NCBI GenBank assembly: GCA_963806535.1
Contig: CAWDYC010000003.1
Span: 128,001-192,000 of the forward strand
From: Candidatus Bathyarchaeota archaeon
Lineage (GTDB): Archaea; Thermoproteota; Bathyarchaeia; Bathyarchaeales; Bathycorpusculaceae
DNA: 64,000 nucleotides
Direction of reading: 5' to 3'
Positions 57,566-64,000 of the stretch are shown in pieces (positions within the stretch are counted from its first letter, which is position 1; each line of letters opens with the position of its first letter). The notes under the pieces are model-generated. The model saw only the letters and a list, made by a program, of their open reading frames with translations, ran no database searches and was not told where the DNA came from. Made by a program: the position numbers and the translations under genes.

Positions 57566-58375
57566 ATGCAGAGCTCACCGCTGCGAAAAAGGAGGAACAA
57601 GAGCATGCATAATATTTGGATGCGTAAAATGGAAAACTTTGACAAGGGCTTGGTTAGCTTCCAAAAATTTGATTTAGGATTTATTGGCAATCAAGTTTCC
57701 GTTGCTATTAAGACCTACGATAAGGAAGGGCTTAATCATCAGGGACCACTTGAGAATATTATGGGTCTTGTAGCAGAATTGGCTTTTGAAGAATGGCTAA
57801 AAAGTTTTGGTGGAGTTCGTGGAAAGGATTACGAATGGAACGAACGCAGAGAGGATTATTGGAACAATGACCCAAGATCTTGGGATTTCAGGTTGCTCAA
57901 GAATGGTTTAACTTTTGAAATCGGAGCGGCAAAACCTAATCATCATTTGGCCGTAATGAAAGACGCAGCGCATAAAAAAGAATCTAATTATTTTGTTCAG
58001 GTAAGGATCATTTGGTTTAACTGTAAAATCAAGGTTTTAGATAAATGGTACGTTATTAACGCCAACTCATATACTCCCTTGGAAATAAAGGGCTCAGAAG
58101 AAATAAAATCCCTTGAAGCAGCCCAAGGAATAATCCAGAATGACACAATAGGCGAGGCGCAGATCTGTGGCTTCGATAAAGTCGGCACGATTGTTAAACA
58201 AGAGAATGGTTGGGTGTTTAGCAAAGCAGGCCAAAGGGAAACACCTTTCTCAAACGGCTTCATGAAGGAATTAAGCAATTTGTGCACAAGAAGCGATTTA
58301 GCAGCCATCATAAGGCGTGCCCTCGGTCTCCGCGAAGATAACAAAGAAAGTGAAGCACGACCTTACGGCATTTAA
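57566..58375 (+). CDS. Hypothetical protein, possible PD-(D/E)XK nuclease
   Basis: GLVAELAFEEW helix then WDFRL...TFEIGAAK, resembling a restriction-nuclease core with a displaced Lys. Confidence 0.5.
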   Translation: MQSSPLRKRRNKSMHNIWMRKMENFDKGLVSFQKFDLGFIGNQVSVAIKTYDKEGLNHQGPLENIMGLVAELAFEEWLKSFGGVRGKDYEWNERREDYWNNDPRSWDFRLLKNGLTFEIGAAKPNHHLAVMKDAAHKKESNYFVQVRIIWFNCKIKVLDKWYVINANSYTPLEIKGSEEIKSLEAAQGIIQNDTIGEAQICGFDKVGTIVKQENGWVFSKAGQRETPFSNGFMKELSNLCTRSDLAAIIRRALGLREDNKESEARPYGI

Positions 58376-58426
58376 AAGCCGTGTAAAACTGAGCGCGCCA
58401 TTTTGAAAAAATACAATCTACTGTTG

Positions 58427-58975
58427 CTAAAGTAATGTTGACAAATATGAGAAATTAGCCACGACCAAGGATATCACAAGTAAGGAAAGGAATAAGACTA
58501 AGAACGTTAAAGGGATCCAACGCTCAACCAAAGTAAGCTGTGGATATCTCGTTTTTTGGCTTCCCTGGTTTAAGTAATCCCATTCTTTGGCAAATGCAGC
58601 CACAGGCAATCTTTTTTCCATTTCGTGAATTACTTTGAATTTTGCTTCACTCAGTACTCTATAACATTTAATACTGTTATTCCAAATCAGACAAAAAACA
58701 ATTCCAGAAATAGACACGAGGGCAACCCACCAAAAGTACATGTTGCCAATTGGTTTGCTAACCTGAGATAATACACCAATTATCGTTATCAAAGCCGAAA
58801 CAAGGGTTAAATAAAACGTATTTGATTTGGAACGACGCTCAGAATTATTATCAGCCATTTCAACATATAATTTATACTGCTCAAGCAAATGGTCGTTAAA
58901 TTTCTCGCCATAAGTCTTTTCCTCAATTGGAAAAAGCTTAGTTTCTTTGATACCCGTCATCTCGTTGTTAGTCAT
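58427..58975 (-). CDS. Three-TM membrane protein (RipA-family-like), putative defence effector
   Basis: LLEQYKLYVEMAD..SERR...NTFY, two TMs, W...I..YR.L..AKF.VI.EME..LP...F..EW, third TM; 4 bp downstream of the TIR gene. Confidence 0.75.
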   Translation of the reverse strand: MTNNEMTGIKETKLFPIEEKTYGEKFNDHLLEQYKLYVEMADNNSERRSKSNTFYLTLVSALITIIGVLSQVSKPIGNMYFWWVALVSISGIVFCLIWNNSIKCYRVLSEAKFKVIHEMEKRLPVAAFAKEWDYLNQGSQKTRYPQLTLVERWIPLTFLVLFLSLLVISLVVANFSYLSTLL

Positions 58976-58979
58976 CTTT

Positions 58980-59462
58980 TCACGGAGAATTAATTTCTCG
59001 GTCTATATCTTTTAAATTCCAATTCAATATAGGTGCTTTGTTGTCTTTCATAGCTTCTGGAATAGCATGATTTTTATCACGATTAATTCTAACACCAATG
59101 ACCTTCTTTCCTTGTCTGTAGGCTTCATCTATTTCCCAGTTTACCGCATTCCTCTCTGCGGTCTTTTCACCTATCATAACCACAACTACGCTCGTCTGAG
59201 CAATTCTTTGTTTGCAGTTTGTCCTCCATTTTTCATCAAATGGTTCTTTAACTGAGTAGTCCCTGAACTCAAGGTCATAATTATCGTTCTTTGCCTGCGA
59301 GCGCAAAAGGTCTACTTGAGCTTCATCATCAACATGAAAACTTATGAAAACGTTACGAAGCCGAGCTCGTTCTGCCTCATCAACAGTCCTATCAAAAGCT
59401 GCCTCTGATTCTCCAACACCTTTTGATGAACCAAGGCTATACCCGAAACTACCCCCACCCAT
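58980..59462 (-). CDS. ThsB/MTH538-like TIR-domain protein with Gly-rich N-terminal tail
   Basis: RNVFISF, DYSVKEPF, VVVMIG..T and VNWEI (catalytic Glu); GGTGG SD supports a start at 59462 (MGGGSFGYSLG). Confidence 0.9.
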   Translation of the reverse strand: MGGGSFGYSLGSSKGVGESEAAFDRTVDEAERARLRNVFISFHVDDEAQVDLLRSQAKNDNYDLEFRDYSVKEPFDEKWRTNCKQRIAQTSVVVVMIGEKTAERNAVNWEIDEAYRQGKKVIGVRINRDKNHAIPEAMKDNKAPILNWNLKDIDREINSP

Positions 59463-59519
59463 GATTACCACCATTTTGTTAAAGTCATGTTATCGCTTTT
59501 AAGGTTTTTAAGACTTACC

Positions 59520-60158
59520 TTAGCGGTGATTTGAAGATTTTGAAAGACCATTTTCTGCAGCTATGCGTTCTTTGCAAGAAATACATTCTCCGCACGATTT
59601 CTCGGTCCCAGCATGGCAAGAGTAGGTCAAATTAAGCGGCAATCCATGTTTCCGAGCAAGCATTAAAGAATCAATCTTATCCAAATTTATCAAAGGAGCA
59701 AGAATTGTAATGTTTATGCCTAAGGCAAGGCTCAGCGTTTTTTGTGTTTGTGCCAAGAAATCCTTTGTTTGATCGGGAAATATTGGATTTGCTAAGATAC
59801 CCGTTGCAACAACGTAAGCTCCCTTATCATATCCATAGGCTGCGCCGAAGGTTAGGAAAAGTAGATTCCGCGTAGGAGTGAAGGCTTCCTTTTCAATATC
59901 CAAATCTTTGTTTGTTAGACCGCTTGGTACAATTCTGCCAAAGTCGTGTGCGTTTATTCTTTCGGGAGTTAACTTAAGATAATTACAGATTTTCTGACAG
60001 GATGACCATTCCTCTTCACAGGCAAGTTGTCCATAATCTACAAATAATGGAAAAACTCTGTGCCCTTTCATTTGTAATTGTTGCATAATAACAGAGGAGT
60101 CAACTCCACCCGAGCAAAGAACTACGACTCTCAATTCCTCTTCCTCATATAATTCCAA
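59520..60158 (-). CDS. queC: QueC-family protein (Cap9-like)
   Basis: SGGVDS PP-loop, DYGQ, P.RN, FPD and TYSC...CGECISC zinc site. Confidence 0.93.
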   Translation of the reverse strand: MELYEEEELRVVVLCSGGVDSSVIMQQLQMKGHRVFPLFVDYGQLACEEEWSSCQKICNYLKLTPERINAHDFGRIVPSGLTNKDLDIEKEAFTPTRNLLFLTFGAAYGYDKGAYVVATGILANPIFPDQTKDFLAQTQKTLSLALGINITILAPLINLDKIDSLMLARKHGLPLNLTYSCHAGTEKSCGECISCKERIAAENGLSKSSNHR

Positions 60159-60832
60159 ACAGCCATGTCAAATGTTGCCATTAGTAAGCCTCTCTCCTCG
60201 CACAGTTCTTTGAGAATATCCTCAAGCTCAAGGTATATTCTGGGAGTAACAGATTTTATCTGCAGTCCATTAAGCGCGTTAATCTTTGTCAGAAATGAAA
60301 TAATGTGTGTGTCAATTATTGCGAGTTTTTTAGAATAACCTATATTTCTCAAAAAATGAGATGCTTCCTTAAGACCAATTCCAGAAATATTCTTAATTAG
60401 TGATGATCTTGCATCTTCCTCTGAACTAGAATGAGCCAAAACGCAATGCAACCATGTTTCCTCAGAAGATATGATTGTTGCTGACTTTGTAATATTTTTG
60501 GAGCGAACATTAGGGAAACGATATTTTCTTAGTTCACCATCGGTTTTCTTGGGAAAATAAATTGGCTTTGAAAGCTCTTTAGCAATTATCTTGTCGGCTA
60601 AAGGATTATCAGCTATCCATTCAACGGACAGATAGCCTCGTCTTATCAAATGCCTTACTGCTGAAAAAGCAAGCTCATATGGAACATTACTTGACAAGAT
60701 ACAAAGACATAGTTCATGCCACAAATCAGTTTCTGTCATAAGGTCCCATTTTCGATTTTCAAAGTGGAGAGCTGGTATTGTTGAGTATTCTAACAAAACG
60801 CCGTTAAATGTTTCATTATCTGCAATGAGCAT
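60131..60832 (-). CDS. N-glycosylase/DNA lyase, OGG-like HhH protein (Cap11-like)
   Basis: ELCLCILSS, YRFPN, GIGLKEASHFLRNIG and AIIDTHI, with catalytic Lys and Asp present. Confidence 0.9.
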   Translation of the reverse strand: MLIADNETFNGVLLEYSTIPALHFENRKWDLMTETDLWHELCLCILSSNVPYELAFSAVRHLIRRGYLSVEWIADNPLADKIIAKELSKPIYFPKKTDGELRKYRFPNVRSKNITKSATIISSEETWLHCVLAHSSSEEDARSSLIKNISGIGLKEASHFLRNIGYSKKLAIIDTHIISFLTKINALNGLQIKSVTPRIYLELEDILKELCEERGLLMATFDMAVWNYMRKRN

Positions 60833-60946
60833 TGGTTGAATCTCGGTTTTTATCTTTACATTTAGAATGCGCTAAAAATATATATCCTTAACTATTTTTC
60901 ATTTAATTAATTTTGATCACTTTTTATTGCATTATAGATAAATATT

Positions 60947-61957
60947 CTAAAATTTATCTATTCTATTAAGAATATCGTCACCAATTTGAACCTTCAGAGA
61001 AGCACGTAAATTGTCATAACGTATCATATTCTGCATTTTGACAACAAAGTCTTGATAATATAGCAGATTATGCAATAAAGCCCTGTCTAAATAGGCTGAT
61101 GATGCCAATTTAGGATTGCTGCAGATTCTACATTTGCAATTAATCAAATCAAGATGTGAAAAATCTTTTATTGTGTCGTCTCCGGGGTCCAAAATATGTT
61201 CGATCCAATCTAAGCTGTCGAAACTGTCAGAACCGCAATACGCATAAATTAACATTGAAATAGGGTTTCCACAACCTAAGACATGTAAAAGAAACCTTTC
61301 ATCACTTTTGTCAAGAATGTGTCTGATTTCAGTAAGAGTTTCCGCTCTTTCCAAAATGCCTTTACCGCAATCCCTTTCAGAAACAGCAATACCACAACAC
61401 AAACTGGAATACTCATCAATAAAATCACTAACTAATGCCAATTGATGGTCAACTGATTTTCCATGAAGGATCGGCAGAAAAATATTTCCACCACAGAAGG
61501 CTGATGATTCAACCGCTGCTTGCACTACATTTTCTTGGTATTGTTTAACGTTCTTGGTATTTTCCGCGGTTGGAAGAATATCGAAGCCGGTAAAGATATC
61601 CATCGTGACCTGAGAAATAACGCTTTTGTATGCTTTCATATCCCAAGTTGGATCATTCTTATTATCGCTCTCAAATACGCCGCTATCCAAAAGTAAAAAG
61701 CCTTGTTTTCTAAATTCAGCGATGCTTTGCTTAAGTTTTTCTTTTTCTTCGAGTTTGTTAATATCATAAGCTGAAAGCAATAATCGCGGATACTTATTAT
61801 GTTTTAGCATGTAAAAAAGTTCAGTCAAAGAAAATCGGTTTTTAGTACTGGACAACGATGGAAAATAGGTTGGAGTATTGAAGACCTTATTTTCAAATTT
61901 TATCTCACAAATCCTTGCAAGTTTCCCATTTTTATGTTGTATTGTTGCTTTATTCAA
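60947..61957 (-). CDS. tRNA-guanine transglycosylase-like protein (Cap10-like)
   Basis: TPTYFP, LLDSG, FDI, ILHG, HVLG, DSFDS and CKCRIC...HN zinc site. Confidence 0.87.
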   Translation of the reverse strand: MNKATIQHKNGKLARICEIKFENKVFNTPTYFPSLSSTKNRFSLTELFYMLKHNKYPRLLLSAYDINKLEEKEKLKQSIAEFRKQGFLLLDSGVFESDNKNDPTWDMKAYKSVISQVTMDIFTGFDILPTAENTKNVKQYQENVVQAAVESSAFCGGNIFLPILHGKSVDHQLALVSDFIDEYSSLCCGIAVSERDCGKGILERAETLTEIRHILDKSDERFLLHVLGCGNPISMLIYAYCGSDSFDSLDWIEHILDPGDDTIKDFSHLDLINCKCRICSNPKLASSAYLDRALLHNLLYYQDFVVKMQNMIRYDNLRASLKVQIGDDILNRIDKF

Positions 61958-62106
61958 CTAAGGCACTCCAGATCCTTATTTCAATAGTTCCTATTTGTAG
62001 GGTTATATTATAAAGAATTAACTACTAAATAGAATTATACAAAGAAACTTACCTTGAAAAGTTAGAAATAAATGATTTACTAAAGGATAGTCTGTGTGGA
62101 AGACAT

Positions 62107-62580
62107 TTGAAGAGGCTAACTTTAAGCGTAGCTCAAACAGCAATTTTCGCTTCTATTTATGCTGTTTCATCGATTTTGCTTGGGCCACTGGGATATTCAT
62201 GGATTCAGTTACGGATTGGAGAAGCCTTGACTCCCCTGCCGCTACTTTTTGGAATTCCTGCAATGGCTGGATTAACCATCGGGTGTTTTGTTACCAATTT
62301 AACGAGCCCAGTGGGTTTGCCTGACATGGTTTTCGGGCCCTTACTGACTCTAATTGCCGCATTTCTTTCTTGGAAATTAACATTTGGCAAACGCATTTTA
62401 GCTTGTTTATATCCGGTTATCATAAATGCAATAGGCGTAAGTGCCTATCTTTCATCTTTCTATGGCGTCCCATACTTGGTCACCGTTTTGACCGTTGGCG
62501 CTGGAGAGTTTGTTGCTGCAGTTATTATTGGATATCCAACATTATTGGCGTTAAGAAAATTTATGGGTAATAAAAAGTAG
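62107..62580 (+). CDS. queT: QueT-family queuosine-precursor transporter
   Basis: A.FA.IY, IQLRIGEAL..LP, GLTIGC..TN, DMVFG, PVIINA and GE motifs. Confidence 0.87.
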   Translation: MKRLTLSVAQTAIFASIYAVSSILLGPLGYSWIQLRIGEALTPLPLLFGIPAMAGLTIGCFVTNLTSPVGLPDMVFGPLLTLIAAFLSWKLTFGKRILACLYPVIINAIGVSAYLSSFYGVPYLVTVLTVGAGEFVAAVIIGYPTLLALRKFMGNKK

Positions 62581-62712
62581 AGATTCTTTTGTTTCGTCGT
62601 GACTTTACTCAGGCCTCAAATCCCTCGCTCACTCAATGAGGGTACGTCATAGTGAGTTGTGCACGTGATTGAACACCGTGCAAAAGCGTAGAGCCGTGAG
62701 CTTTGGAGCCAT

Positions 62713-63236
62713 CTATGAAATCTGACTAATACATTCCTGCAACAGTTGCCGATAAGTTGCTTGCCAACCGTTTGAAGGGAATGGTATAGATATTTTGTTC
62801 AGTAATCTCTCGCCAAAACCGGCTTCTTCAAGTGCAAGCTTGACTGGGGCAAATAAATTATTTTTCAAAATAATGATTCTTTCTGGCTGAAGGCTTCTAA
62901 TATCATTTACAAGCCTTGGAATTTGATCTTTTAGAACTCTGTTTTTTCCGCAATAGGCAACTTGTTGACTGGTCTATAGCTGGCATCTATCAAGAAGAAT
63001 CCTCTTGATTGGAACTCTTTTAGCTGGGTGTTTTTGTCAGTGCCGACAGGTAATTTGCCACAAGGAATTTTCAATGCTTTCATTGTTTCCCTGAATAAAC
63101 AGCCACGACCGGTTGCTGACTCAAAATAAAAGTATCCGCCGCCTTCGGGTGGTGACTCGCCAATAAGAAGGAATTCAATGTCTTTGCCTATTCGTCGTGG
63201 GTCATATTTGTCCCTTGCTTCAATATAGTCTTGCAT
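62713..63236 (-). CDS. Uracil-DNA-glycosylase-like superfamily protein, frameshifted at about 62935
   Basis: LLIGESPP..GYFY and GFFLID; second frame gives L.PERIII...IPFPSNGW. Confidence 0.65.
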
Positions 63237-63625
63237 GTCAACAGCTACGGCTTCTGATTTATTAGATTTAGCGGATAAATACGATGATTCTTTGTCGCCA
63301 ACTTGTTTAATCTTAATAGCCTATGTACTTGTACGGTGATTGAACACCGTGAAGAAGCATAGGCCGTAGTAAAAAGCGGAGATTAGCATTAACCGATCAA
63401 GTCAAACATATTTGAAGCCTAATATGTTTCAGGGAGCTTGCATTAGCACCTTAAAGCACTGTTGTGTTTCTGTACGGTGTTCAAACACCGTGGCTAAACA
63501 TAGGCTAAGGACAAAGGCGACGGAAGACCAAGCATGGTCGAATCCTACTTAAGCTATGATCCAGTTGAACTGCTAAAATATTCGACCGGCTTTCTCGACC
63601 GAAAAAATCAAAATGAGTCATTTTT

Positions 63626-63829
63626 TTACTTATGCCAGAGCCTACTTAATAGATAGATTACAGCGGTAGCTGCAAGCAGCACTGGAACTATGAACACATT
63701 AGCTTCCATCCACTGCCAAATTGGTCCCGGTAACCCAAACATACCTATGCCATAACCAGCTAAGACTACAATCCAAACAAAACTATACAGGGCGATTACT
63801 GCAATCCATACCTTCATGAGCTTACGCAT
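63626..63829 (-). CDS. Small two-TM membrane protein
   Basis: MRKLMKVWIAVIAL... hydrophobic pair; start is probably internal to the tracked ORF. Confidence 0.55.
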   Translation of the reverse strand: MRKLMKVWIAVIALYSFVWIVVLAGYGIGMFGLPGPIWQWMEANVFIVPVLLAATAVIYLLSRLWHK

Positions 63830-63917
63830 TTTCTCACTTTTGAAACCACTTATAATCCATAGGTTATCCATCAACCACATAAAAGCTTTTGACTTATCCG
63901 TGCAAGAGGACACAAGG

Positions 63918-64000
63918 TTGCCGAAGCGATATGTTAACATAAAATTGCCTGTTGAGCTTGCAGACGAAGTTGACAAAATCGTGGATAAGAAGCTTCTGGG
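63918..64000 (+). CDS. Ribbon-helix-helix (CopG-like) protein, truncated by the window edge
   Basis: Manual translation MPKRYVNIKLPVELADEVDKIVDKKLLG. Confidence 0.7.
   Translation, partial: MPKRYVNIKLPVELADEVDKIVDKKLL

Larger units (their letters stand above)
57129..63492. repeat. Six dispersed copies of a 20-bp imperfect palindrome YACGGY-N8-RCCGTG
   Basis: 57129 tacggtgtttaatcaccgtg; 57233 tacgacgttcaaaagccgtg; 58364 tacggcatttaaaagccgtg; 62662 cacg-tgattgaacaccgtg; 63332 tacggtgattgaacaccgtg; 63473 tacggtgttcaaacaccgtg. Confidence 0.85.
56811..64000. mobile_element. Left part of an integrated element or defence island at tRNA-Val
   Basis: tRNA border, Int(N)-like ORF, defence-type cargo, island-restricted palindromic sites, RHH gene at the right edge; attR not in the window. 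Confidence 0.7.

Noticed and set aside
58427-59462. Canonical Thoeris system
   Set aside because: No SIR2-STALD or Macro-domain ThsA is present; the partner is a different TM family.
59520-61957. Housekeeping archaeosine pathway or a dpd DNA-modification island
   Set aside because: The TGT is short with no PUA domain, no arcS/queD/queE or dpdB-K genes are adjacent, and the OGG, TIR and TM linkage fits type IV CBASS-like accessory genes better. Phylogeny is needed for certainty.

Overview
Archaeal chromosomal window. The gene content (form III RuBisCO nucleoside pathway, PEF-CTERM-type surface proteins, intron-containing initiator tRNA, PAC2) fits Bathyarchaeia or a similar lineage; this is an inference. 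Most genes up to about 52 kb carry single-base frameshifts that look like uncorrected long-read errors, so many split ORFs are merged here. The core content is the AMP phosphorylase/RuBisCO/R15P isomerase cluster, glycosylation genes, nfnAB with an MvhD/ferredoxin protein, the his operon, acdA, ino1, gcvH and glucan phosphorylase. There are three tRNAs (Thr-GGT, iMet with intron, Val-TAC). The main finding lies in an island downstream of tRNA-Val (56.8-64 kb). It is a co-oriented TGT-like, OGG-like, QueC, TIR and membrane-protein operon, i.e. the type IV CBASS accessory trio with a ThsB-like TIR protein in place of the CD-NTase. The TIR protein has a Gly-rich N-terminus (MGGGS...) that could accept deazaguanylation, and a QueT precursor transporter sits divergently next to the operon. 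Six copies of a 20-bp imperfect palindrome divide this island into gene modules. Other unexplained structure includes nested tRNA-Thr 3' scars separating cargo genes, five copies of a non-coding element built on an exact 10-bp period, and a 77-bp direct repeat flanking a surface-protein gene.
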